From Cyanophora paradoxa CCMP329 (taxonomy: Eukaryota > Plantae > Glaucophyta), in NCBI GenBank assembly GCA_004431415.1, contig QPMI01000207.1:112818-176817 (forward strand): a DNA stretch of 64,000 nucleotides, written 5' to 3'. The position numbers and the translations under genes are program-made. Under the pieces are notes generated by a model. It was not told the origin of the DNA. It saw nothing but the letters and a program-made list of their open reading frames with translations, and made no database searches. Positions 13,242 through 25,545 of the stretch are shown one piece after another; position 1 is the first letter of the stretch; every line of letters starts with the position of its first letter.

Positions 13242-14603
13242 CGCCCCCGCTCCCTCCCCGCCCCGCCCCCAGCAGCCCTCCTCTCCGCTTCCTCCCCCTT
13301 CTCGCGCTCCCCAGCCTCGCCCGCCCCCGCCCCATGACCCCCAAGAGACAGTCCCGTCTAGCGTCCGTCCTCTTTTCTGGCAGCGTCGGCCGCTGCGCCC
13401 TCCCTGAAAATCCTTGTCCTTCATCTTTACGGGCCGCTATCTCCGCGTGTCATGCTTTGTTTAGTATTCAGGCAGGCATTGTGTTTTTCCTCCGTTCGAT
13501 ATGCTAGGATCAGTTTAACATCGACACAAACCATGCACACACTGGGATTGCGCGGGGGGGGGCTCCGTCAGGCCCCGTGAGGGGCGGCTCGGGCGAGGCC
13601 AGGGGCCGCGGGCGATGCTCCGTAATGCCCGGCGGCCCTAAATAGAGCCTCGGAGGCTCGGCGATGTTCAACGGTTGATCATCGGATGCTAGTGCCACGG
13701 TGCTCCTCTGGCTAGTCTTAGTAGTGCTATAGCTAGCAGTATAGTGCTCCTAACTTGCAAGTTTAGAGTTCCGCGTTCCGAAGTTCCGCGGGCCGCCCGC
13801 GGCCCGGCGGCTGGGCTTAAACTTAGAAAGTTTCGAAGTCCGCGCGATCATCGGATATCGATCGCGCCAAAACTGACTCAGTGAGCGCTAGCGCTAGCTA
13901 GCTACAGCCCCGGGCCCTAGGGGCGACTTAGGCAGGTGGGTTTGTCTCCGTTACGGTTTTAGGCTTCAATTGCAAGGCTTCAGGGGTTTAGGCCTGGCCC
14001 CGAGCCCGGCGGCCTGCACCTGGCCCGCGGCCCCCAAGCCTGCCAGGCTGGGCCCTTGGGGCCTATAGCTAGCGCTAGCCTAGTAGCCTCACTGAGTCAT
14101 GATCATCATGGCATGATCAGGGACGGGGCCGCGCATGGGCGGGGCGCCGGCCCGGCGGGGCCCCGGGCCCGGCCCTCTGATCATGAGAGCTCCCCGATTC
14201 GGTCCGAGGGTCCGAGGGTCCCGGAGTCCGAGGCCCCCTCCCCGGACTCCGGGAGTCCGAGGGCGGCCTAGAGCCCCCCCCCGCCTCGGGCCTAGCAATC
14301 GGCCCCGGGCTCTCCGAGCTTCGGAAGCTCAGTGGCCCGTCATCGCGGGCCACATGTACAGCCCCGGTTAGCCGTCGTGTCATGCCATGATGATCAGCCG
14401 TGCAGTGCCGCAGCACGTGCCCCCTGCCCTCACTTGATGAAAGACGGTGCGCCGGTGCAACTCAAAGAGAGCCTCGGAGTGCTCCTACGCGAGACTCGGC
14501 AGCGGCTCGAGCCTCGGAGAGGGCGACAGAGGAGGCGATTCTGCAGGGGGCGCTGGGCTGGAGACATACAGTGGCGGGCGGCGAGGGCCGGCCGGCCCGC
14601 TGC

Positions 14604-16146
14604 TCATTGGGTCTTCTTCGGGGGAGCGGCGGCCGGCGGGGGCGCCGGCTTCGGGGCCGCCGGGGCCGCCGGGGCCGGGGAAGGCGCGGGGGCGGGGCGG
14701 GGGCGGCCGCCCTGGGAGGGGCCGGCGCAGCAGGGGCCGCCGGGCGGGGGCCGGCGCCGCAGGGCCGCCGGGCGCGGGGTGGCCGCAGCAGGGGCGGCCG
14801 GGCGGGGCGCGGCAGCGGCAGGGCCGCTGGGCGCGGGGCGGCAGCAGAGCCAGCCGGGGCGGCGGGCTTCGGGGCGGGGGCGGGGCGGGGACGGAGAGGG
14901 CTTGGGAGCCGAGGCGCCGGGGGCGGCTGGGCCGGGGCTTGGCCCTGAGCGGCCTGCTGGGCGGCCTGCTGAGCGGCTTGCTGGGCCTGCAGCCTCGCCT
15001 GCGCGGCGGCGGCGGCGGCGGCCTGTACCAGCGTCAGCGAGCAGACGGCGGGGCGGGGCGGGGCAACGCGGGGGCGGGACCTCGGCGGCTGCGGCAGCCT
15101 GCGCGGCGGCCTGGTGCCTTCCAGTCAGAACACGGAAGGGGTACGTGAATGCGCGGGCGGGGGGTACCTCCTCACGCTCGCCCTCGAGGTCGCGGAGGAG
15201 GAGGCCGTCGTAGCGCGTCTCGCCCTTCTTGCCGCGCACGGCGTTCAGCACCGACTTGAAGCGCGCGTAGTTGCTGAAGAAGAAGCCGAGGAACATGCGG
15301 TCCATCACCGACGGCGGCTTCTCCGACTGCCCGCAGATGATCTGGCGCCGGGGCGGTCAGAGGCGGGAGCCGCGCGGGCCGGGGCGGGCGGGGCGGACCT
15401 TGTCGTCCTTGTCGCCTGCGTCGACAAAGCGGACGACGCCGTAGACGGGGTACGTGCCGCGGTGCCCGAAGGGGAGGCGCTTGCCCAGGATGAGCACGTC
15501 GAGCGGGTCCCCGTCCTCCTGCTGGATGTCTGGGATCGAGCCGTAGTTGTACGGCGTCGGCAGCGGGCTGATAATGTCGATCGAGCCGTCCTGCTTCCGC
15601 TTCACGAACGACCAGCGTGGCACCTGGCGCGCGCGCGGGTTGAGGAGAGTAGCGCGGATAGCGGGAACCGGGCTGCGGGAGAGGAGGCGGGGCACGGATC
15701 GGTTTCCTCACCTCAATAACGACGTTGGCCTGCGTGAGGCTGAGGATCACGTCGTCGGTCGCCTTGATTATCGGGCCTATCGGCGCCGCGAGCAGCCCCT
15801 CCTGCTGCTCGCCGGTGGCGCTCGAAGCTACGTCGCGCTCTGCGACGATCCGGCTCCGGCGGCCAAATCCCAGCCCGCCGACCAGCCGAGCGACGAAGGG
15901 CGCGCTGTGGGCGATGCACTGACGAATGAAAGGCTGCCTCCGTATCGCGTCCTGCTTGCGAGGTGCATTCCGAGGGGCGACAGCAACCGCTTTCGACTGC
16001 TTCGACCTGGCTGGCCGCGCCGCGGCGGCGACTTGCGCCCGCTGCAGCCGGAGAGGCGCTTCAAGCCGCACTCGCGGCAGCTCAAATGAGATGCCAGCGA
16101 ACAGGGGCCGCTGTGCCGCCGAAGGGCGCGCGGTTTGGCGCGGCAT
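14604..16146 (-). CDS. Family I soluble inorganic pyrophosphatase with N-terminal extension and Q/A/P-rich tail
   Basis: Spliced core VVIEVPRWSFVKRKQDGSIDIISPLPTPYNYGSIPDIQQEDGDPLDVLILG...VRFVDAGDKDDKIIC carries the NYG, DGDPLDV and D-x-G-x-x-DDK motifs. The 3' end is approximate. Confidence 0.85.
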
Positions 16147-16302
16147 CTTTTGCACGATACCCAAGTGTGACCTGTTCCCCCTTCCTTGCCCCCCCCCCCT
16201 TCCCGCCTTTTTAGCCTTGACGCCTAGGCCAGCTTGCTTACGACTTGCACCGTGGTTTGCAAAGGCGACTTCAATCGGCGCACTGCACAAGACGAGTGCT
16301 GC

Positions 16303-18120
16303 TCAGGAGGCGCGGAGGGAGTGGCGGCTCATGGATACGATCATGACGAGGAAGATGGGGAGCATGGCGACGACGGCCACCAGCCAGGCCACCCAGCCCC
16401 TGCCGCACCGTTTGGGGGGAGGCGGCCGTCGGCGCCGCGCTGGGGCCGGGGGCGGACCCGCGGGGGATGGTGGAGGGGTCGAAGACGGGGGCGGCGACCT
16501 CGCGCCACGCGTCGGCCCAGCGGCGCCGCTGGAAGGGCTCCACGCCGGCCGCGAGCTCGCGCAGGCGGGCGGCGCCGGCGGGGAAGCCGGCGAGGAGGGC
16601 GCGCAGCTGGCCGGCGAGCTGCTCGCCCGAGTCGAAGAGGAGCCCGTTCTGCCCGTCCTGCACGAGCTCCCCGATGCACGCGAAGGCGCGGGCGCAGACC
16701 GGCAGCCCGCAGCCGAACATGTCCACCACCTTCATCGGCAGGTCCAGCCCCGACGACGAGGCGTGCAGGCACACCCCCAGATCCGCCGACCCTGCGCGCC
16801 GCCTCGGCACCGGCAGCGGGGCGAGGCCGGGGCGGGGTGGGCAGGGACCGATGAGGCGGGGGTAGTCGTCGGGGGCGAGCCAGAGGGTGTGGACGGCGCA
16901 GCGGCGGAGCTGCAGCCCGGCGATCTCCCGCTCGTACCGCTCCCGCAGCGGGCCCCGCCCTGTGATCAGGAAGAGCGCCCGCGGCAGCTCCTCCTCCCTG
17001 TGGCGCGGCTCGCCAGGGAGTGGGGAAGGGTAGGGTGTACGCGGACGCGGCGTCGTAGGCGCGGACGGCGTGGAGGAGGAGGGAGAAGTCCTCGTCGGGG
17101 GTCCACGAGGTCGACGAGACGACGATCGCGGGGCGGTCCGCGCGCAGCGCCGGCTCCCCGCCCCCGCCCTCGAAGCGCCCCGCCAGCGCCCCCGGGATCT
17201 CCCGCTCGAGCCGCTCGAAGAGCTGCCGCCCCGCGTCCGGCGCGCTCCGGGGCGGCCGGGCCTGGGGGAGCGCGCCTCGTACTGCTCGCGGACGGGCGTG
17301 CGTCGGAAGGACTCGAAGGGCCGGTCGTGGAGGGCCTGGGCCCTGCCCGCGGCGTGAGGCTGGCCCCGGCGCGCGCCAGGGCGCCCGGCGCCGCACGCAC
17401 TTGATGCGCCAGCGCGTGGCGAGGTCCTCCTGCATGGCGCGCGTGACGCAGAAGTTCGCGTGCGCCCCGCGGCCAAACCACCGCTCGATCCTGCGGGTCC
17501 CTCAGGGGGGGGCGGGCGGGCGGGCGGGGCGGAGGGGCGGACCGCTCGGCGAGGCGGACGAGGGGGTGGCGGGGGCCGAGGCTGATGCCCATCAGCGAGT
17601 ACGCGTAGTTGTGCCAATCGAAGACGAGCCGCACGCCGCGGAAGGCCGCCACCAGGTGCACCACCAGCAGCGTCGGAATGGCCGGCGGGATCTGCGGCAC
17701 CGCCCCGCTTGGCGCGCGTCGACCTGGCGGCGGGCGGGGGCGGCGCGCCTGCACGAGGAGGTAGTCCGGGCGCTGCGTCTTGAAGCCCAGGATCCAGACG
17801 AGCTGCAGGATCTGGTAGAGGACCTTGAAGGGCGCGTACAGTAGGAAGAGCGACCGCGGAAAACGTCGCGTCGCCGGTTCCTTCAAGAGGTGTAACGCTA
17901 TGTGCTTGTGCGACGTTAACGCCTCCAGCGGCTTCGAGCCTGAGGTTCGCAGCGTCGGGCTTGTCAGCCAGGTCCGTTCGACGAGCCGGCCGGCGGGCGC
18001 ACCGCCATAACCAATCACGTCGACGTCGTCGCACGTTGGCATGGCGGCAAGGGACACCGCGTGGTACTGCATCCTCGGGCTCCGGCCGACATCGCCGAGC
18101 ACCAGGACCGCGACGCGCAT
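16303..18120 (-). CDS. ALG1: Chitobiosyldiphosphodolichol beta-mannosyltransferase ALG1
   Basis: MRVAVLVLGDVGRSPRMQYHAVSLA, PPAIPTL, FDWHNYAY, VVSSTSWTPDEDFSLLL, ITGRGPLRE, ADLGVCLHASSSGLDLPMKVVDMFGCGLPVCA. The last exon adds a hydrophobic tail; stop at 16303. Confidence 0.95.
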
Positions 18121-18245
18121 CCTCGTCCTCGCTAATTCCAAGCACGATTCGACGCGCTTGCGAAGCCCGCCGATCAATCGGCCCCAGGGGCGCGATGCTA
18201 TCGATCTAGCTGCTCGATCAAATTCGTCGGGTACCCGGGACCGGG

Positions 18246-19739
18246 ATGGCAGCGCCGCCGCTCTCGATCGGCTACATTGTGAACGCAAAGAAGCTGAAGG
18301 GCTTTCTGCCTGAGCTCCTCAGCTATGCCTGGTGCGCCGGCCGGTTTTGGTTGGGTCTTCCCAATTCGAACAGCGCCCGCAGCGAGCGCGGCTGCGCGGC
18401 CACGGCCGTGAGCCTAGAGGAGCCGGTGGATGCACAGGGATCATTCGACATCATCTTGCACAAGGTGCGTCCTGCGCGCCAGCCTTCGGCGCCTGCGCGC
18501 TGAACCGCCGCAGATCAACCAGGAGCTCATCGACGAGGCGACCGACGAGCGGGCGCGCCGAATGGTCAGGCGCCTGGAGGTTCGCAAAGCTGCGGGCGCT
18601 GCGTGCACACGCCCGCGGACTCCGACGCGTGCCGGTGGCGGGCGCAGCGGTACGCGGAGGAGAACCCGCGGGTGGCGGTGGTGGACCCTCTGCCGGGCGT
18701 GCGGAACGTGCTGGACCGCGTGCACATGTCCCACGCGCTGAACGGCGTCCTGCGGCAGCTCGCTGGTGCGGCGCGCGGCCCACGCGCCAGCCCCGCGGTC
18801 ACCCCGCGCCGCCGGCAGAGGAGGGCCTGCCCTTCGCGCCGCTCCCCTTCGCCGAGGCGCGGGAGCCGCTGGACGAGGCCGGGCTCGAGCGCCTTGTGCG
18901 GGACGCCGGCATGGCCTTCCCCCTCCGTGCGCCGCCCCGCCCCCCGCGCCCCGGCGCGCTGCGCGAGGCGGAGGGGCGCAGTGTGGAAGGCCCGCGTGGC
19001 GTGCTCAACGGGCGAGGCCCACGAGATGGACCTCGTCATGTCGGCGCGGGCCGCGGGGCGGCTGTGGGGCCCCGGGGGGGCGCGTGCGCGGCCCGAGGGC
19101 GTGCTGCAGCAGTACGTGCCGCACGGCGCGGTCCTCCTCAAGGTGTACGTCGCCGGGCGCCACATCGAGCTGCTCCACCGCGGCTCCCTCAGGGACCTCG
19201 GTCCGCCCCGGCCCCGCCCGCACCGCCGGCCCGCGGCCTCGAGCGCCGTGCACGTGCAGGGGGGGCGGACCTCGGGGGGGAGCCCCTCGTTGCGTTCAAC
19301 AGCCAGCGGGCGCCCCCAGAACTATTTCCCCCGCTCGAGTGCACGCCAGAGCGGCCGCCGGCGCCCCCCGAAGCCGCCTTGCGCCGCGCGGTGGAGCTCA
19401 CGTCCCGCGAGCTGGCGCGCCCGCTGGCCGGCCGGCCCCGCCCCGCCCGCGCGCCGGCCGTGACCGCCGGACAGGGGATCACGCTGTTCGGCGTCGACAT
19501 CATCCGCTCCCGCCTCACCGGCCTCTACTCCATCGTCGACGTCAACTTCTTCCCGGGTGGCCCACCCCAGCCCCGGACCCCTCCCCCCTGACGCCCGGGC
19601 GGCAGACTACAAGGGGATGCGGGACAGGGACGAGCGCCTGCTCGAGCACCTCCGCTCCTGCGCCGCGGCCGCGGCCGCCGCCGCCGCCGCGGCCGCCGCA
19701 CGCGACGCCGCCCTCCCCGACCACAGCCTTGCGTGTTGA
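18246..19739 (+). CDS. ITPK1: Inositol-tetrakisphosphate 1-kinase (ATP-grasp)
   Basis: QGSFDIILHK, YAEENPRVAVVDPL..VLDR, KARVACSTGEAHEMDLV, LQQYVPHGAVLLKVYVAG, LFGVDII..YSIVDVNFFPDYKG. Confidence 0.9.
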
Positions 19740-19769
19740 ACGGACGCCGTGTCCGCTGCCGGCCTCGAG

Positions 19770-21740
19770 CTCCCGGGGGGGCATGCGTCGTGGCCATGAG
19801 GCTCCCGGTCCACCGAGCAGGCCTAGGGCGGCCGACCAAAGCAGGACGACACGGCCGGCGGAGGCTGTCAAGGCCTGGGGGCGGCCGCGAGCTTGGAGAC
19901 CCCCGAGGGGCGGCCCTGGCGGCGGTCAAGGGCGCCGGCGCAGGCGGAGGGGCGCGGGGCGGCTCACCAGCGGGGCCGCGTCCAGCGTTGACGCTGTGAG
20001 CGGTGCGGCGGGCCCCGCTCGTCGAATCGAAAGTCAGCCCGGCGTCGCCTCGAGCTCTGGGACGCAGCGAGGCGGTCGGCGAGGGCGCAGCGAAAGCGAG
20101 CGAGCGGACCCGAGTGAGCCGTGTGCAGGGCCGTCGTCTACGGCGGCGCGCTCTCGCGGGAACAGCTCGCCTCGCCGGCGCCTCCCGCCGCCTCCAGCCC
20201 CCCCCTGCGCATGCGCGCTGCGGCGATCGGCACGGGACCCAGAGGCCGTCGCGAGGGAAGCGGCGCACGGCAGGGCGGCGGCCTGCCCATGCGGCGCGCT
20301 GCCGGCGGGAGCGGGCGCTGGCCCTGCGGGAGGTGCGTGCTGCGGGGCCCCGTGAGCGACGAGGGGCGCGGGCGCGGGGCCGCGGACCCTCGCCCGGTGC
20401 ACAGTGCGGTGACGCCCCACAGCGGAGGCCGTCGCGAAGACGCGCCCGCAGCCGGGCTCCGGGCAGGCGTGCGCGCCCTGCGGGGCGTCGGCGCCGGCCT
20501 CACCAGTCTGAGGGAAAGGCGAGGGGCGCACGGGCGGGGCGTGGACGGAGCGGTGGCGGGCGAGGGGTGCGGGCCCCGCGAACGCCTTCGTGCAGCCGGG
20601 GAAGTCGCAGGGGAGCAGGGCGGGGGCCGCGTGAGAGAGCGCGTGCGCGGCCGCGCCCTGCGCCGTCGCGAAGCGCCGCCCGCAGCCCGGGTGCCCGCAC
20701 GCGTGGGCCGGCGGGCCCCGCTCCAGGTGCACAGTCACGTGCGAGCCCAGGCCGCCCGCAGAGACGAAGGCCTGCCGCCCCGTCAGCCGCCGCTCCGGTC
20801 AGATCTAGATCTGATCTAGAGAGGATCGGACAGGCTGGCACCCGCCCGAAGCCGGGGTGCCCGCATCGGTACTGGGCTTGCTGTTGGCCTGCGCCGAGGC
20901 TGGTCCATCTAGAGCTCAGGCGGCGCGGCAAACCGACTGGAATGGGTCGAGATCGCGGACCGGCGCTCGGAGTGCCAGAATGCGTGCGCCTGCAGAGCCC
21001 GCGAGGTGTCGAAGTCCTTCCCGCAGCCTTCATGCTGGCACGCGAAGGGCACCGGCGCCCTGTGAGTGCACGAGCACGCCCAGTCGCACGGAGGCGGAGG
21101 GCCTCGACCTCACCTGCGGGGCGGGGGCGTGGGCGGTCGAGCGGTGACCTCCGAGCGCCGACGCGGAGGAGAAGCTGCGCCCGCAGCCAGCCTCTGGGCA
21201 CGCGAACTTCCCCTGGCCGGCGGTACGGTATGAGAAACGAGGGACCGAATGATCATGCATGAAAAGGCGAATTAGAAAGACGGACCGGGCCAGCCGCGAC
21301 GTGCGAGGAGCGATGCGCGTTCAGGCCGAGCGGCGAGCGGAAGGACTTCCCACAATCTGTGCACCGGTGTTCGCCCTTTAATTTCTTCTCGTGAGACGCG
21401 CGCGGGTGAACTGCGGGTGTAGCAGGCGGCCCGACGGCACCAGGGCGAACACGTGGGAGAGCTTGTGCGCGTTCATCGCTTGCACAGTTCTGAATGACTT
21501 CCCGCATCCTTGGTGAGGACACGAGTGTACTGGCTGATTTGCATCTTCCTGGTCTGATTTGGAGCCGCGCGTACGTGCGATCTGCGCATCACTTCCACCT
21601 ATAGCCCCTTCTATCCCGCTTTCGGCCGCGGCAAGCACGTCTGCATCGCCGCTGGCTGCCGCTGGTGCCAGCGCTGAAGATGTGGGCGCTCGCTCCTGCT
21701 CCTGCCGGGCGCGCTTTGAGAGCTCGATCTCTTCGTCCAT
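19770..21740 (-). CDS. Multi-C2H2 zinc-finger protein (3' end uncertain)
   Basis: At least six fingers: CPHQGCGKSFRTVQAMNAHKLSH, CTDCGKSFRSPLGLNAHRSSH, CPEAGCGRSFSSASALGGHRSTAH, CGHPGCGRRFATAQGAAAHALSH, CDFPGCTKAFAGPAPLARHRSVH, CPEPGCGRVFATASAVGRHRTVH. ATG at 21740. Confidence 0.8.
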
Positions 21741-21827
21741 CCGGCTGAGCGAGCCCGCGGCCGAGCGAGCCGCGGAACCGTCCGAACCGTCGGAACCGCC
21801 GCGCGTGGGGTACGCGTCGGGCAGACG

Positions 21828-24233
21828 ATGTTCTCGGCGGCGGCAGCCCGCCTTCGGGCGCGGCTGGCGGCCTATGCTGCGAGTCAAGCGTCCCGTCAGG
21901 CGAGCAGCAGCGCGGGGCCCAAGTCGGACCCGCTCGGCGACAGTTTCCTCCGCCTGCTAGATCGGCTGCTCGATGGCGCCATCAGCGCAGGGAGATTCGT
22001 TCATGCGCGTCAGAATAGCCTCATGGCCGCCTACGGACGCTACGTGGTACGTGCTGGAGCCGCTGCCCGCCTTCGCTGCGCTGCTCGGCCGTCGCCGCCG
22101 CCGCTCGCCCGCCACAGAGCGTGGCCTCTAGCTATAAGTGTAGCTACATAGAAGGGCGTCGCTTCTTTCGTCCCCGTTAGGATGCGGCCCTGGCCGACTG
22201 CTCTTCCAACGCCAATTTTCCTTATCCATCGACTACACCTTTCGGCCCCGCCTCGAGTCCTTACTCACCCTTCGTGGACGCCCGCAGCTGCTCTCTTTTG
22301 CGGGCCCGCCTCTGGGCTACGCTTCGTACTACCTGTACGCGGACCAGTTCAAGGCCGACCTCTGTGTGGAGGCCCTCGCGCGCGTCGACGAGCTCCCGCA
22401 GGCCGAGAACTGGATTGGCCGCGAGCAGGAGATCGAGCAGCTGCAGGCGCTGCTCGCAGGCTCACCGGAGCGGATCATCCTCCTCAGCGGGGGGCAGGAC
22501 AGCGGCAAGAGCGCGCTGATGAACCGCGTGCTGGCCGGGCGGCCCTACGTCCTCAAGATGGACCTGCAGGCCAAGAGCATCGCCGACGTCGACGGTGCCC
22601 CCGCCGCCGGCGCCCTCGCGCCTGCCGCCGTCGGTGGCGCTTGCGAGGGCTGAGCGGGGACGGCGGGCGCAGTCTTCGTGCGCTACTTCATCGAGTCGAT
22701 CAACGCGCAGTTCCTCTCGCTGCGGACGTGGGCGCTGGACTGGCTGCCGCTGCAGGGCACGAGCAACTGGAAGTGGAAGAACAAGCTCTCCCTCCTCGAC
22801 TTCCAGCGCGCCCTCGCCTGCCTCAACGAGGCCCTCGTCCGCATCCGCGAGCAGAGCGGCGGCAAGGCGCGCCCCCGCCCCCGCCCCGCCCCACCCCGCC
22901 GGCCGGGGGGGCGGCTGTGCGAGGCGGGCGGGGCGCAGGCGCTGCCGGTGATCTGCATCGACGACGAGGAGACGCTGCTGCGGCTCTCGGAGCGCGGGGA
23001 CGGGCGCGTGCTCGTCGACTGCCTCCTCAAGTGGGCCGTCCACGTCACCAAGGAGGCCCAGCTCGCCCACGTCGTCTTCGCCCCCTCCCACCGCTTCTCC
23101 GCCGCCTACCTCTCCCCGGGTCTCCGGCCGCCCCCCGCCGCCCCGCGCGCCCCGCCGCATCTGAGCCGGGGCGTGCGCAGAGGGCGGGATGGAGGGGCGG
23201 GTGAAGCAGATCTGCGTGGGGGACTTCACGCGGGCCGAGGCGGAGGCCTTCATCCGGAGCCGCCTGCCCGGGGCCTCGGAGGGGGACGTCGCGGTGGCGG
23301 TGGGGGCGCTGGGCGGGCGCATCACGGACCTGCAGACGTTCGTGCGGAGCGTCAAGGCCGGCATGACGGCGGCGGCGGCGGTGGCGGAGATGGTCGGGCA
23401 GGCCCGCGAGGCCCTCCGCCTCGACCTCCTCGGCCGCCCCGGCCCCCCGCGCCGCTGGTCCCCCCCGCAGGCCGTCGCCGCCCTCCGGTGCCCTCCACTC
23501 CCCTCCAGCTCCCGCCGCGGGGCGAGGGCCGGCGCTGACCCCTGCGGGCAGGCTGCTGGCGGCGCGGCACCCGGACGGCGTGGAGGCCGGCGAGCGCGAC
23601 GGCGCCGCCAGCGAGATCAAGGCCCGCGGCGCGCTCGCCGGGCGGGGCGGGGCGCTGAGGGGCGGGGCGCAGGTGCTGCGGGAGGCGTTCGAGCACGACG
23701 CGGCGGCCCTCGCTGAGGCCGTCTCCGACGGGCTCCTCGGTGCGGCCCGCCCCGCCCCGGCCCCGCCCCCCACCTTCGTCCAGCCCCGCCCCCGCAGCGC
23801 TCCGCGTCGGCTGGACCCCCGACATCGGCGGCAAGCCCAAGGTCCGCCCCGCCGCCCCGCTCCGCCGGCCTCCCCTCCGGGCCGGCGGCGAGGGGGCGCA
23901 GGAGCGGACGTACATCTGCCCGGGCTCGCCCCTGCTCCTCACCGCCTTCCGGGCGATGGCGGAGGACCCCGGTGCGCCCCGCGCGCGCCCCGGCCCCTCC
24001 CCGCCGCCCACGGCGCCCCCGCAGAGGACGCGCCGCTCCTCGCGGCGGGGAAGGAGGGCGAGGAGGCGGAGGCGGCGGCGGCGGGGAAGCAGAGGCGGGT
24101 GGCGGGGGTGGACGTGGTGCGCGAGACGAGGGAGCTGGAGCAGGACATGGCGGTCGTCGAGGCGACGCGGCCGCACCTCCGCCTCGCCGACAAGCAGGCC
24201 GCCCTTCTCCGCGCCGAGCTCGCCCAGGCCTAG
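21828..24233 (+). CDS. Probable mitochondrial P-loop ATPase, Yme2/RNA12-like
   Basis: Arg/Ala/Ser-rich presequence MFSAAAARLRARLAAYA and a short hydrophobic segment. Then WIGREQEIEQL, Walker A SGGQDSGKS, Walker B PVICIDD, KWAVHVTKEAQLAHVVF, and LGGRITDLQTFVRSVKAG..AVAEMVGQA, which resembles the Yme2 C-terminal domain. Confidence 0.7.
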
Positions 24234-24334
24234 CGCGCCCCCGCGCCCTCTGTAAATGTATTCCGTAGTTCTCACGGACTGCGGCGGCCGAGGGGGGAGG
24301 TGCGGGGGCGCCGGCAGGGGGGCCGGGCCCGCGC

Positions 24335-25545
24335 TCAGGCGCCGTACTTCTTGGCGCGGCCGAGCTTGTAGGCGAGCTCGGGGAGGAGGTGGTCGACGAG
24401 GAGGCGCATCGCCCCGCCCCGGGCCCGCACCTCCGCCTCCTCGAAGCGCCCCGCCCCGTCCCGCCGCACCGACCCGGGGTGCCACCCCGCCGTCATCAGC
24501 GGCCCGTTCACCCTGCCGCCCCCTCCCCGAGTCGGGCGCCGGCGCCGGAGCGCCAGGCGACGGGGGCCGAGCACCTTGCGTTTCGGACGAAGGCGCCGCG
24601 CAGGAAGAAGCAGGACTGGGGCGGGGGCAGGGCGGCGAGGGAGCCCGGGGCGGGGGGCGGCGGGGAGCGCTGGGCGGAGGCGGCGGGGAGGGCGCCGTGG
24701 CTGAAGGCGAGCTGGAGGAAGAGGTCGCGCTCGCGGGGCAGGAGGCCGGCGACGAGGGCGTCGAGGGCGCGCACGCCCCGCCGCGCCTCGCAGCCGGCCA
24801 CGTGGACCACGACGAGCTCGCAGCGCGGGTCGCCCTCCGCCGAGGCGCCGCCCTCCAGCGAGAGCATGCGCGCCGCCCTCCGGTGCAGCTCCTCCCCCAG
24901 CGCCTCCGCATCCCCCGCCCCGCCCCCGCCCCCCGGCGCCGGCGCCGCCGGCTCGTAGCGCTCCGTCTCCTTGAAGCCCACAGCCTCCGCCACGCGGCAT
25001 ATCGCCGGGCTCGCGCTGAGGAGCCCCGCGCGCATCCCCAGGAACCTGCGCAGCACGTTGGGACGCCACGAACGAACCGCGCTGCGCGCCGGCGCGTCCC
25101 ACGGACTTGTCTGCGAAGGACGGGAGGGGTGCGTCTGGCCCCCGCTGCGCGCGTGGCGACATGTGAGGCCCGAGCGTCGCCCACGGGAGCCCCTATGTGC
25201 CGAACGCGCACCAGGAGCTCGCCCTCGTCGTCCCAGATGTCGGCGTAAAGGCCCACGATGCTCAAAAACTCGACCACCGGGCGCGCGTCCTCGTCTGACG
25301 GGCGGTCGCGCGCAAGCTTCCGCGGGCGCCGCGCGTGGCAGCGCACCTTGCGCGTCTGCAAACCGGCGCAGCGGCGCGTTGCAGGGGGCGGAGAGCGAGG
25401 CCGGGTGGTCGCGCAGCAGCGCCTGGCCGCAGCAGCCGCTGGCCGCCACGCGATCCAGCGCGCTCTGCTCCAAACCAGCGCTGCCGGCAACCGGTGCTAG
25501 GCCGTCGCCCAGCACGAGCACCCCGCGCTTGACGGATGCGGCCAT
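24335..25545 (-). CDS. Conserved uncharacterised protein, At5g11810-like (iPGM/alkaline-phosphatase-like fold suspected)
   Basis: N-terminus RGVLVLGDGLA..LDRVAASGCCG and C-terminus VRRDGAGRFEEAE..LLVDHLLPELAYKLGRAKKYGA* match, from memory, the plant/algal family ending in ...EVAFKLWKAPKYGA. Confidence 0.7.

Noticed and set aside
13950-13995. Telomere-like GGTTTTAGG/GGGTTTAGG units
   Set aside because: Only two isolated units, not a tandem array.
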